Shown here in pieces: positions 9,326-19,072 of a stretch of DNA of 64,000 nucleotides (position 1 is its first letter; each line of letters starts with the position of its first letter). The translations under genes were made by a program, and so were the position numbers. Source of the DNA: an uncultured Acidobacteriota bacterium (lineage in GTDB: Bacteria > Acidobacteriota > UBA6911); contig CAWJKZ010000014.1 in NCBI GenBank assembly GCA_963843575.1, positions 640,001 through 704,000 of the forward strand, in the 5' to 3' direction. The notes under the pieces are model-generated. The model was not told where the DNA came from. It made no database searches and worked only from the letters and a program-made list of their open reading frames with translations.

Positions 9326-9550
9326 TCAGCCCAGCAGCTTCTTGAGGATGTCCGGTCTGGGAATTTGTGACTGCGACGCGGCGAGGTTCTCCCGTTTGAT
9401 CGCTTCGAAGACCTCGTTCCGGTGGACGGAGATGTGCGCAGGGGCGTGGATGCCCACTTTGACGCTGCCGGCACTGACGGAGAGTATGGTCACCTCGATC
9501 TCGTTGCCGATGACCAGGCTCTCCCCTTTCTTGCGCGTGAAAACCAGCAT
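9326..9550 (-). CDS. csrA: Carbon storage regulator CsrA (FliW-type, extended C-terminus)
   Basis: MLVFTRKKGESLVIGNEIEV...VHRNEVFEAIKRENLAA. Confidence 0.95.
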   Translation of the reverse strand: MLVFTRKKGESLVIGNEIEVTILSVSAGSVKVGIHAPAHISVHRNEVFEAIKRENLAASQSQIPRPDILKKLLG

Positions 9551-9599
9551 GCGTTTCTCTGTCTCATCGGCCCGGCCCAAAAACCCGGGCAACCGGGGA

Positions 9600-10070
9600 T
9601 CAGCGCTCCGTCGACTCGTCTTTCTTCGAGCCGGCGAACAAGGGATGCCTCACCTGGTAGCTGCTCTGGTGGAGCACCACTTGTTTCCCCAGGCGCTCCC
9701 TGTGGTTGATGACGATGGGCGCCATCAGGTTCAGCGTAGCGTCCTCTGGGTTTTCCGGGACCGTCGCTACCGCGTAGACGGACACGCCTTCGGCTTCCCT
9801 GCTCCGGATTTCCTGCATGTCCGATTCGGCCAGTTGGAACTTGTAGCCCGCATCGACCAAGAATGGATTCACCACGAGCAGCGCGATGGGCGGATCGTCC
9901 AGCGCCTGGAGGTACTGAAACGGCTTCAGCTCGTCCATTTCGAGCACCGTGAACCGGCGGAGGTTGGGGAATCCCGGGAGGCCCTCCTTAAACGAGATCA
10001 CCTTGTCCTGAGGCACCTCGAGCATTCCGAAATTCACCGATTTTACGACCAGCGTCTGCGATTCGGCCAT
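9600..10070 (-). CDS. fliW: Flagellar assembly factor FliW
   Basis: FKEGLPGF...FQYLQ...VNPF...TLNLMAPIVIN...GKQVVL. Confidence 0.95.
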   Translation of the reverse strand: MAESQTLVVKSVNFGMLEVPQDKVISFKEGLPGFPNLRRFTVLEMDELKPFQYLQALDDPPIALLVVNPFLVDAGYKFQLAESDMQEIRSREAEGVSVYAVATVPENPEDATLNLMAPIVINHRERLGKQVVLHQSSYQVRHPLFAGSKKDESTER

Positions 10071-10197
10071 CCTGCACACCTGTCCCGCGCTTCAAGGCGG
10101 GAAATCATGTCATTGTAGCCTTGGGACGGCGCACAGGTTCAAGCGAAATCTGGGCAGCCGTCCCGGTGTGACTGCGTCGGCGCAGTCCCTTCGGGTG

Positions 10198-11073
10198 TCA
10201 TCCGAGGAAATCGAAGAGGTTGTACTGCTGCACGCTCCCCTGTGCGGTCAGGGTAGCCTTGAGGGCCGATTGAATCTGGTTCAGCTCGGTGATGGCCCGG
10301 GCCATATCCGCGTCCTCGACATTCCCGCGGCGGGTTTCGATGTTGAGTTGCTGGGCCTCGTGGTCGATCGTCACGTCGCTGAGCCTCCGCAGATCCACGC
10401 CCACCTGGACGCGGGCCTTGGTGATTTCGGCCAGCGCCGGCGCAATCCCGGAGAGCGCCCCCTGAATCGCCGATGAGTCACCGGAGTCGATGGCCTGCAG
10501 CAAAGCGTCGACCTTTTCGAAGATGGGGAGGAAGATGGCGGACCCCGGGATATTCTGCCTCACTTCGAGCGACGCCTCGATTTCGATCCGGTTCACGTCC
10601 GCATTGCCTTGGTACGTCACGGTGCCGTCGGACATGACGAACGCGGCTTCCTTGACGTCGGAGCCCGCGAAAATCGAACGGCCGCGCGTCTGCGTATTGC
10701 CCAGGGACAGCAACTCGTCGCGCAGCAGTCCGATCTCGGTCGCGATGCTGGCCCGGCCCGCTGCGTCCGTGGTGCCCGAGGCGGCGGCGCTCCCGCGCGT
10801 GAAAATGGTCGTGACCAGGTTGTAGGCGCTGCTCAACGCGGAATCGGCCACATTCAGGAAGAACGTGCTGTCGTCGATGTTGGTCTTGTACTGGTCGATG
10901 TCCGCCAACTGCGCCTTCAGCAGCACGAGCTCGGCGCTCCCGGAAGGCGAGTCCTGCAGCCGGTTGAGCTTCTTGCCCGACGAGACCTGGCGGCTGGCGG
11001 TTTCGAGCGCCTCATTCAGGTTCTCGGCACTCGACAGGAAATTGCGGTAGGTGATCGCTTGAGTGATTCGCAT
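10198..11073 (-). CDS. flgL: Hook-associated protein FlgL
   Basis: MRITQ...SSGKKLNRLQDSP, GRSIFAGS, C-terminal NLFDFLG. Confidence 0.95.
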   Translation of the reverse strand: MRITQAITYRNFLSSAENLNEALETASRQVSSGKKLNRLQDSPSGSAELVLLKAQLADIDQYKTNIDDSTFFLNVADSALSSAYNLVTTIFTRGSAAASGTTDAAGRASIATEIGLLRDELLSLGNTQTRGRSIFAGSDVKEAAFVMSDGTVTYQGNADVNRIEIEASLEVRQNIPGSAIFLPIFEKVDALLQAIDSGDSSAIQGALSGIAPALAEITKARVQVGVDLRRLSDVTIDHEAQQLNIETRRGNVEDADMARAITELNQIQSALKATLTAQGSVQQYNLFDFLG

Positions 11074-11077
11074 ATCG

Positions 11078-12475
11078 TCAACTCAGGATTTGGATGAGGT
11101 CCTCGGTGAGCCCGTCCAGCACGCTGATGTAACGCGCCGTGGCCTGGAAGGCTTTCTGGTAGCGCACGATGCTGATCGCCTCCTCATCCAGGTTCACTCC
11201 GGAGTAAGCGTCGCGCTGGTTTTTGAGCTGGTCGAGCATGGCCTTCTGCAGCGTTATGCCGTCCTCGGCCGCCCGCGTGTCCTGGCCGATCTTGAACACG
11301 AGGTTCGCGTAGAACTGGGTGGCGGTCGCCGTCCCGGACGAAAAAAGACCCTCGTCGCCGATGTCCGCGAGCAGGCGCGCGTTGGCGTTGCTCCCGCTGC
11401 CGCTGCCCGCTACGCCGGCGGCGACGCGGTCGGGATCCGAAAACGCCAGCGACACGCTCTGGGCAGCGCCGGCATTGGAGCCCGGCACCGACTGCACGAA
11501 CGGGTTGAAGAAGTTCCCGCCGGCGGCACCGTTCAGATCAACCCCTGCACTATGCTGTGCGTTGACCCTTTGGATGAGGCCGGCCGCCATGTCGTCGAGG
11601 GTGGAAAGGTAACCGCTCAGGGTCGCCCGGGCGCTCAGCAGCCCGCCCAGGTTCCCGCCGTTGATCGTCGACGTGATGTCGGCGCCGCCGAGCTCGATCT
11701 GGAGCATGCCGTCCGAGCCGGACCTCGCCGTCTCGAGCGCATAGCTGTCGTCGCCGAGCACGAGGGTCCCTCCCTGCTTGGTCAGGACCGTGACGCGGCC
11801 CCCCTCCGTCTCGAAGTAAGAGACGTTCATCAGCCCCGAGAGCTTTTCGAGCAAGACCTGGCGCTGGTCCTCGAGTTCCGACGCCTCGGGGGCCTTCAGT
11901 GCGATGGCCTGCGCCACCCTGCTGTTGAGGCCTGCGACCGCGGCGGTCAGCGCGTTGATCTGGGTGGTCGTATCGGAAATGAAATACTCCTGGTAGCCGC
12001 GCACGCTCTGCACCTGGTCGTAAACCCGGTTGAACTCGACGCCGAGGTCGGCTGCGCTGGACAGGACCTGTTCCCGCAGCGTCACATCTTCCGGCGCGTT
12101 CGCCAGTGTGCTGAAACTGTTGAAGAAGTCCTCCAGCTTCCGGTCGAGTCCCTGGCCCGACCCGGAGTTGAACAGGGTCTCCACCTGCCGCAGCGCGGTC
12201 GCGACAGAATCGTAGCACCCCTGCGCCTCGGTTTCCTGGCTGATGCGATAATTAAGAAAGCGGTTGCGGAACGACTCGATCGTCCCCGAATTCACCCCGG
12301 CCAGTCCAAGGGCGGCGTCCGCGCCGTAGGGGTCGCCGGGCATCAGGTTCAAGCGCTGGCGCGAATACCCCGGCGTGTTGACGTTGGCGATGTTCCGCTG
12401 CGCGATTTCGAGCCCGAACTGCTGAGCCTGAAGCGCCTGCTGAGCCAAGGCAAGACTGTTGAAGATCGTCGACAT
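11078..12475 (-). CDS. flgK: Hook-associated protein FlgK
   Basis: NIANVNTPGYSRQR; SGVNLDEEAISIVRYQKAFQA. Confidence 0.95.
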   Translation of the reverse strand: MSTIFNSLALAQQALQAQQFGLEIAQRNIANVNTPGYSRQRLNLMPGDPYGADAALGLAGVNSGTIESFRNRFLNYRISQETEAQGCYDSVATALRQVETLFNSGSGQGLDRKLEDFFNSFSTLANAPEDVTLREQVLSSAADLGVEFNRVYDQVQSVRGYQEYFISDTTTQINALTAAVAGLNSRVAQAIALKAPEASELEDQRQVLLEKLSGLMNVSYFETEGGRVTVLTKQGGTLVLGDDSYALETARSGSDGMLQIELGGADITSTINGGNLGGLLSARATLSGYLSTLDDMAAGLIQRVNAQHSAGVDLNGAAGGNFFNPFVQSVPGSNAGAAQSVSLAFSDPDRVAAGVAGSGSGSNANARLLADIGDEGLFSSGTATATQFYANLVFKIGQDTRAAEDGITLQKAMLDQLKNQRDAYSGVNLDEEAISIVRYQKAFQATARYISVLDGLTEDLIQILS

Positions 12476-12549
12476 GAGGTCCGTTTCCCGGCCGGTTGAG
12501 GCCGACAAGGAGGCTTTGCTTTCTTCGGTATCTCTTGAAACGGCTCCGG

Positions 12550-13042
12550 CTACGCCCTGCGGGAAATCGTGCTCTGGCCGGCGGAGATTGGCCGCAACAA
12601 CCCGGTGCCCTGGTAGGAGGTCGTGGCGCCGGCAAAGAAGTCCAGCAGGCCCCGGGAGTATCGGATCGAGCTCTCGACCAGCCGGATGTTGCGCTGGTTG
12701 ACGCTCTTGAGCTGTTCGACCAGGTTCTTGAACAGGCCGGAGAGGGACTTGATCTCGGCCGCGACGGAACGTTCGAGCCCGTCGGCGAGCTTCAAAAGGG
12801 TGAAATCTTCGCGCGGGATGTGGAATGTGCGGCACACGTCGTCGCACAAACGTTCCATCTCGCTCTCCAGGATGCGCAGCTTGATGTTGAACGTCTCGTC
12901 GACCTTGTTGCTCTCGACCAGCGGTTCCAGGCGGCCCTGCACCAGCAGGGCGGTCTTCCGACGCGCGTGCTCGATGAGCTCGCGGTAAAGCGACGACTTC
13001 CTCGCGAACGATTCCCAGAAGATCTGAAACCATCTTGTCCAT
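12550..13042 (-). CDS. flgN: FlgN export chaperone (frameshift near 12985)
   Basis: MDKMVSDLLGIVREEV-[fs]-...ELKSVNQRNIRLVESS-type FlgN end; between flgM and flgK. Confidence 0.75.
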
Positions 13043-13044
13043 GT

Positions 13045-13251
13045 TCAGACTCTGAGGTCGATGTGCGCCGAGGGTTTCGGGGATTCCTCAGGATCCGCGT
13101 CCTGTTCGGAGTTCCCTGCGCCGTTCGGCCGGGCCTTCTCGGGCCGCTGATCCCGGCTTTTCCGGGGATGGTCGTGGTTCAGGCGTTCATCTCTCGCGAC
13201 CTTCTCGAGAAACGTCCCCGATATGCTGCTGAATCCCAGACCGTCCGACAT
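13045..13251 (-). CDS. Small hypothetical protein
   Basis: 68 aa, charged and likely disordered, ends HIDLRV; fills the gap between flgM and flgN. Confidence 0.55.
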   Translation of the reverse strand: MSDGLGFSSISGTFLEKVARDERLNHDHPRKSRDQRPEKARPNGAGNSEQDADPEESPKPSAHIDLRV

Positions 13252-13280
13252 AGCCGCCCCCGGCTGCGTCGAATCGGACA

Positions 13281-13592
13281 CTAGAAGACCTCGTCGATCA
13301 GATCACCACCAACGATTTTCTCGGCAATCATCTCCGCCTTGACGTTGTAGGTCCCATTTTCGAGCGCCTGGCGCACCTGTTCGACACGCGCCTCGCGGAC
13401 GTCCGGCGTGGAGCGGATCATCTCGTCCAGGTGTTGAATCTCCCGGCCCCGAACCGAGAGTTCGATGCGGTCCGCCTCGAGCCGCGACCCTTCCTCCACG
13501 TTCCTGTCGCTCCGGGCGTTCTGCGGGTGCGGGATATCGAGCCTGGAAATGCTCGCGTTAAGGGCTACCGGATTCTTGCCGTTAATCTCCAT
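13281..13592 (-). CDS. flgM: Anti-sigma28 factor FlgM
   Basis: DRIELS...PDVREARVEQVRQALENGTYNVKAEMIAEKI. Confidence 0.93.
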   Translation of the reverse strand: MEINGKNPVALNASISRLDIPHPQNARSDRNVEEGSRLEADRIELSVRGREIQHLDEMIRSTPDVREARVEQVRQALENGTYNVKAEMIAEKIVGGDLIDEVF

Positions 13593-13628
13593 AGCGTCCT
13601 CAAGAGATTACTTCTCTGTACGGTAATC

Positions 13629-13656
13629 ATATCGTCGGCGACATGATAGCACTTTA
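13629..13656 (-). promoter_or_regulatory. sigma28 promoter of flgM-flgN-flgK-flgL
   Basis: TAAA-N16-GACGATAT on minus strand. Confidence 0.75.
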
Positions 13657-13660
13657 AAGT

Positions 13661-14514
13661 TTAATCGCCAGAACCGCCTGAAAACCGCACAGATAGGCCA
13701 CTTCCGGGCGAGGCCCCTCCCTCCCACTCCGCCAGTGCCTGTTTCGGATCGATGCAGGCGCCGTTGCGGATCACCTCGAAATGAAGGTGAGGACCGGTCG
13801 AGCGACCCGTGTTTCCGACCGAACCGAGAACGTACAGGGGAGGCACAACCGCCCCTTCCTTTACCGAGATCGTTTCGAGGTGCGCGTAGCGCGTCTCGAG
13901 GCCGTCCGCGTGACGGAGCACCACGGTGTTCCCGTAGCCTGGCTCATACCTCGCAGACACGACCTCGGCCGCCGAGCGCAGCCTGGACCTCGGTCCCTGC
14001 CGCCGCGGCGATGTCGATGCCGTGGTGCACCCGCAGCCGGTGAGTGAACGGGTCACGCCTCGGCCCGAAGCCGGAGCTCACCGGGGCTCGCACGGGAAGC
14101 TGAAAATCCGGGATGTCCGGCTCGACCGCATCCGAGCGCGGCACCGGAAACGCCTGCCGGATCGGCGGCAGTGCCCTTCCCCGTCGTGGCGGCCTTGTCC
14201 GACTCCAGGTGCCGCACGACAAGGTCCCCTATTCCCAGGACGCTCCTCTGCGCCATCCCGCGCGCCAGTTCCTGGTCGAACAGCTCGGTGTAGATCTGGC
14301 GACCGAATCCACTCCCCGGATCCTCCGACTGTTCGATGGTTTCCCGCATTACCTTCAGAAGGTAGGAGACGAACAGCGACTCGAATTCCTGCGCCGCCTG
14401 CCGAAGTCCGGCTTCATCGTTGCCTTTTGCCTTCGCGGTGCGCTCGAACCGCTCCCCGGCCGTCATCAGAGGGTGGTTCAACGGGTTGGATATCGCCGGC
14501 AGATCCGAGCTCAC
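13661..14514 (-). CDS. flgJ: FlgJ rod-binding domain fused to M23 peptidase (frameshifted)
   Basis: LRQAAQEFESLFVSYLLKVMRET (rod-binding); SSGFGPRRDPF...HHGIDIA, YAHL, GNTGRSTGPHLHFEV (M23) across three frames. Confidence 0.8.
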
Positions 14515-14612
14515 GCGAGATTCGTCCCTTCGATGTGCTTTCGACGCTTCGAAGACCGAGGCACCCGGACCATCGCCGGGTTCGGTTGCGCCCTGTTACC
14601 CGTGGCCCAATC

Positions 14613-15718
14613 TCAGAGGATCTCGAGATCCGCCTGCAAGGCGCCTTGAGCCTTTATGGCCTGCAAGATCGCAATGATGTCCCTGGGGCCGGCCCCGATT
14701 GCGTTGAGCGCACGGACGACCTCCTCCACGCTTGCCCCCTCGCGCAGGGTCACGGTGTGACTCTTGTCTTCCTGGACCGTAACCCGGGTCTCCGGAACGA
14801 CCGCGGTCTGCCCCTGGGACAGGGTGTGGGCTGGGAGACGCTGAAGATGGTGCCGACCTGCAGGGACAGGCTGCCGTGAATGATGGACACCTCGGCGACC
14901 TTCACGTCCTTGCCCAGGACCACGGTGCCGGTCTTTTCGTTGAGGACCACGCGCGCGGCGACGTCCACGTCCATCCTGGCATTCTCGACCAGCGCCATGA
15001 ACTCCACGACCCGCTTGCCGTAGGCCTCCGGCACCGCGACCGCGATGGTCCGGCCATCCACAGCCCCGGCCACGCTGGCGCCGACCAGCTCGTTGATCGC
15101 GCGTGCTGCACGACTCGCAGTCGTAAAATCGTTCTGGTGCAGCACCAGGACCAGGCGGTTCTTGGATTGCAGGTCGACGACCACCTCGCGCTCGACCAGG
15201 CCGCCATTCGGAATCCGGCCCACGGTCGGGTGGTTCATCTGCACCTTGTTGCCGCCGCCGGACGCGCTGAATCCGCCGAGCACGATCTGGCCCTGGGCCG
15301 TGACATAGTCCAGGTTGTTGGCCGCCTTCAGCGGAGTCATCACCAGGACGCCACCCTGAATGCTCTGGGCGTCCCCGATCGAACTGACCGTCACGTCGAT
15401 GCGGCTTCCCTGCCGGATGAAGGGAGGGAGGGTCGCGGTCACCATCACGGCCGCGATGTTCTTGACGCGGACCTGCTCGGGCACGATCGACAGCCCGCTG
15501 CGCTCGAGCATGTACGCCAGGGTCTGGGTCGAGAAGAACGTCTGGCTGCGGTCGCCGGTCCCGTTGAGCCCGACCACGAGCCCATAACCGACAAGCTGGT
15601 TGTCGCGCACGCCCTCGAACGCGGCGACGTCTTTGATGCGGCTTGCGGCCGGTGCCGCAGGCACGATACCCGCAACCAACAACAGGACCCAGGCGATCTT
15701 CCGCGCCATGCTCTTCAC
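14613..15718 (-). CDS. flgI: Flagellar P-ring protein FlgI (frameshift near 14820)
   Basis: GVRDNQLVGYGLVVGLNGTGD; KNIAAVMVTATLPPF; ends AIKAQGALQADLEIL. Confidence 0.95.
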
Positions 15719-15719
15719 T

Positions 15720-16422
15720 CTAAAAGGGCAAAATGCCGTTGAGGATCTTGTACAGCCAACCCGGCCGGATCGGTTCGCTTACCATCCCGCGCCCCTGGAC
15801 CCGGACCGTCATCTGGGCGACTGCCGACGAGGAAACGATGTTGTTGCGGTTGATGTCCTCGGCTCGGACGATCCCGGTCAGGTAGACGTTCTGGGTTTCG
15901 TTGTTCAACCGCACCTCGCGCACGGCTTCGACCAGGAGGTATCCGTTCGGCAAAACGTCCGTCACCCGGGCGGTCAGGCTCGTCTGCAGCGTGGAGGCCC
16001 GGGTGGTCGAGCCTTTCCCCTCGAAAGAGCTGCTGCTCTTCCCCGCCACCAGCGACGGGAGTTCCTTGACCTTGCCTTCCAGGCCGAAGAGGCCGTTGAA
16101 TCCCGCATTCGCCTCGGTGTTCCTGCTGTTTGTCGCATCGGCGCTGGCGCTGGCCAGGGTGGATTCCGCCACCCGGATCGTCACCACATCGTTGACGTTT
16201 CGGGCCCGGAAGTCGCGAAACAGTTCGGAGCGGCGACCGTTGGGCACCCAGAGCGAGCCCTCGGTGGAGGGGCGAGCTGCCGGCTGCGCTTTTGCCTCGG
16301 ACACGTAGGCCTGCAAGGCGGGGATAGCCGTTGACCGCGCGGACTTCGGACCGCACCCTGCGCCCAAGACAGGCCAGTGCGCCGCCGGCGCAGACAACGA
16401 CAACTCCGCGGACCCTGTTCAT
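15720..16422 (-). CDS. flgH: Flagellar L-ring lipoprotein FlgH (frameshift in signal peptide)
   Basis: AGC lipobox, LFRDFRARNVNDVVTIRV, VTDVLPNGYL, PGWLYKIL. Confidence 0.92.
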
Positions 16423-16436
16423 CTATCGTCCTCCTG

Positions 16437-17153
16437 TCAGTCGATCCTCACTTCGCCCGGCGCGACCACGCGGGCTTTCAGCGGCCGCTCGAACTCCAGG
16501 TTGCGCACGCGGACGACCTGGCCGAGACGGCCGTTTTGCTCCGCCCGGGCCAGAGCCGACAGAACAATGCCGACCCGCTCGACCCGAAGGCGCACCACGT
16601 CCCCGCTGCGCACCAGGAACGGGTCGGAAAGCGCGTCGCGCGTCACCGCGGCGCCGGCATCGAGAACGCGTCGAGCCACCTTGCCGGCCACACGCTCGGG
16701 TTCCCGGATATACTCGGCCCGCACGTCGGGAACCTCTTCCTCGACCAACGCCACGTCCTCCGGCGCAAGGACGGCCCCGTAGGGAATCCGCCGTTTCGCC
16801 TTCACAAACCGGCCCCGGACGGAAGCGTCGACGATCACCCAGAACGACAGAACCGGATTCCCACCCGAAACAGCCTCGACGCCCAGCAGGACGCCGTGAT
16901 AGTTCGCGGGTGCGGTTTTCGGAAACACCCGGAAACTCGCATCTCCCTGAGGCAGCTGGAGCCCGGCGACGCCCGTCACCGACCGGATGTCGATATTTTC
17001 GGCGGGACAACGGCATCCCTGCATGATGTGACCCTGCAGTGCGGAGACCAGCTCCGCAGCCCCCGTCAAGTCCCGCTTCGGCGTGGGCGTTTCGCCCCAG
17101 ACCGCGGCGGTCAGAGGTGCGGAGAGAAGCGAGAGGATGACCAGGACCAGCAA
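16437..17153 (-). CDS. flgA: P-ring formation chaperone FlgA (start uncertain)
   Basis: Signal peptide, SAF domain, PFLVRSGDVV...ARAEQNGRLGQVVRVRN. Confidence 0.88.
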   Translation of the reverse strand: MLVLVILSLLSAPLTAAVWGETPTPKRDLTGAAELVSALQGHIMQGCRCPAENIDIRSVTGVAGLQLPQGDASFRVFPKTAPANYHGVLLGVEAVSGGNPVLSFWVIVDASVRGRFVKAKRRIPYGAVLAPEDVALVEEEVPDVRAEYIREPERVAGKVARRVLDAGAAVTRDALSDPFLVRSGDVVRLRVERVGIVLSALARAEQNGRLGQVVRVRNLEFERPLKARVVAPGEVRID

Positions 17154-17385
17154 GCTCCGAACACTCCCCTCACCCAACCTAGGGCAGTAAGAACTGCGTG
17201 GCGGGCATGGAAAGTCCGGGAGAGCGCAGGATAACCCCGCGACATCCTCCCGGTTGGAAAGGAAAGGGGTGAGGAGGTCGTCTCCCGTTCGTGCACGCTC
17301 TCGAGGGAATGCACGGGCGAGCCGATCGACCGTGTAACGGAAAGGGTGCCGGGTGAGGAGAGAGTCCGAAGCTAGCATGCCTGGT

Positions 17386-18174
17386 TTACCTGACGACTCC
17401 GTTTGCCTGGGTGAACATCTCGTCCGCCGTGCGGATGACCTTGGAGTTGGCCTCGTACGCGCGCTGGCTGATGATCATGTTGACCATCTCCTCGACGACG
17501 CTGACGTTGGATTGCTCCGTAAAACCCGACAGCAGGGTGCCGAGACCGTTCTCGCCGGGAGTCCCGGTGATCGCCTCCCCCGAAGCCTGGGTCGGCAGGA
17601 ACAGGTTTTTGCCCATGTTCTGCAAACCGGCCGGGTTCTGGAAGAGCGCGATCTCGATCCTGCCCACCTGTTGCGGCGTGTTCTGTCCCGCCTGCAGGAC
17701 CGAAACGGTGCCGTCGTTGCCGATAGTGATGGCAATCTGGTCCTGTGGAATCGTGATCTGCGGGTCGAGCAGATCCCCTTCCGAAGTCACCATCGCGCCG
17801 TCGCGGTTGAGGTGGAAGTTGCCGTTGCGCGTGTAGGCGATCTGGCCGTTGACCTGCCGGACCTGGAAGAAACCCTGCCCCTGGATGACCATGTCGAGCG
17901 GGCTGCTCGTGGAGGCGAAATCCCCCTGGGTGAAGATCATCTCGGTGGCGACGGGCTTGGTCCCCAGTCCGATCTGCAGCCCGACGGGGATTTCGGTGCT
18001 GGCGGTGTTGGCGGCCCCCGCCTGGCGGATGTTCTGGTAAAGCAGGTCCTGGAACTGGGCCCTGCGCAGCTTGAATCCGGTGGTGTTGATGTTGGCCAGG
18101 TTGTGTGCGATGGTGTCGATGTTCAGCTGCTGGGCTTCCATCCCGCTCGCGGCGGTGTACAGGGCGCGCAACAT
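17386..18174 (-). CDS. flgG: Distal rod protein FlgG
   Basis: MLRALYTAASGM...NLANINTTGFK...FQDLLYQ; EQSNVSVVEEMVNMI. Confidence 0.97.
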   Translation of the reverse strand: MLRALYTAASGMEAQQLNIDTIAHNLANINTTGFKLRRAQFQDLLYQNIRQAGAANTASTEIPVGLQIGLGTKPVATEMIFTQGDFASTSSPLDMVIQGQGFFQVRQVNGQIAYTRNGNFHLNRDGAMVTSEGDLLDPQITIPQDQIAITIGNDGTVSVLQAGQNTPQQVGRIEIALFQNPAGLQNMGKNLFLPTQASGEAITGTPGENGLGTLLSGFTEQSNVSVVEEMVNMIISQRAYEANSKVIRTADEMFTQANGVVR

Positions 18175-18183
18175 ATTGATCTC

Positions 18184-18917
18184 CTAACGGCCAAGCTTCT
18201 CGATGGCCTTGGCGTTGATATCGTTCATGAGCAGGTTGAAGCTCTTCTGTATGGCTTCGAACTGTCTCATGATGCCGACCAGCCCGACCACCGACGAGAT
18301 CGGGTTCACGTTCGACTGCTCCAGGTACCCCTGTTGGATCTCCAGACCGGGCGCTGCCCCGGCCACCTGCCCTTCCGCCGGCGCCAGCAGCGAACTTCCC
18401 TCGCGCAGGAGCGCGGCGGGATTTTCGAATGACGCTGTTTTCAGCCGGTCTATGCGCACGTCGTTGAGGAAGACTTCGCCCTGTTCGTTGATGGCGACCT
18501 TGCCGGGCCCAAGCGTGATCGCACCGTTTTCGCCCAGCACGGGGAAACCGTCGACGGTGCAGAGGACCGATTTCGCGTCGACACAAGGCTGCCGTTGCGC
18601 GTGTAGCGCACCCCCTGCGGGGCCCGCACGGAGAGAAAACCATTGCCGCTCAGGGCTACGTCCAGGTCCCGGCCGGTGAGCGCCAGGGAACCGCCCGCAA
18701 AATTCAGGGAGCCGCGCGACAGGACCGCGTGGTTGTTTATGACCGCCCCCAGTTCTCCGCCGGAGGAGTCCTGCAGGCTTTCATTCAGCAGCGTGTAAAA
18801 GGGCTTTTCCTCCTTGAACCCCGTGGTGTTCACGTTCGACAGGTTGTTCGACAGGATATCCAGCGCGTTCATCTGAGCGCGAAGTCCAGAGTAGGCTGTG
18901 TAGATCCCGCTGTTCAC
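18184..18917 (-). CDS. flgF: Proximal rod protein FlgF (frameshift near 18580)
   Basis: NNLSNVNTTGFK, TGRDLDVAL, YTRNG, QGYLEQSNVN. Confidence 0.9.
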
Positions 18918-18957
18918 TGTTCGCCTTCCTGTGGGTCGATCTTCCTATCTATCCAGT

Positions 18958-18973
18958 TGCAACATCCGTGCCA
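18958..18973 (-). promoter_or_regulatory. sigma54 promoter of flgF operon
   Basis: TGGCAC-GGATG-TTGCA. Confidence 0.88.
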
Positions 18974-19035
18974 CTCGCCCGGCTCGCTGCCAGGCCGTTC
19001 CCGGCCACCTTCGTGTCGAACTCCCTTGCGAGCGC

Positions 19036-19072
19036 GGCAATTGTTGCCCAGGGGCGGTGGGCAAGAAGTGCT
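19036..19072. promoter_or_regulatory. Putative enhancer pair for flgF promoter
   Basis: GGCAATTGTTGCC and GGCAAGAAGTGCT. Confidence 0.55.

Noticed and set aside
11078-13042. 654-aa FlgN-FlgK fusion
   Set aside because: The middle part is off-frame flgN; FlgK has a normal start at 12475
17310-17326. sigma54 promoter upstream of flgA (CGGCTCGCCCGTGCA)
   Set aside because: GG-GC spacing is 9, not 10; could be an indel artefact but unsupported
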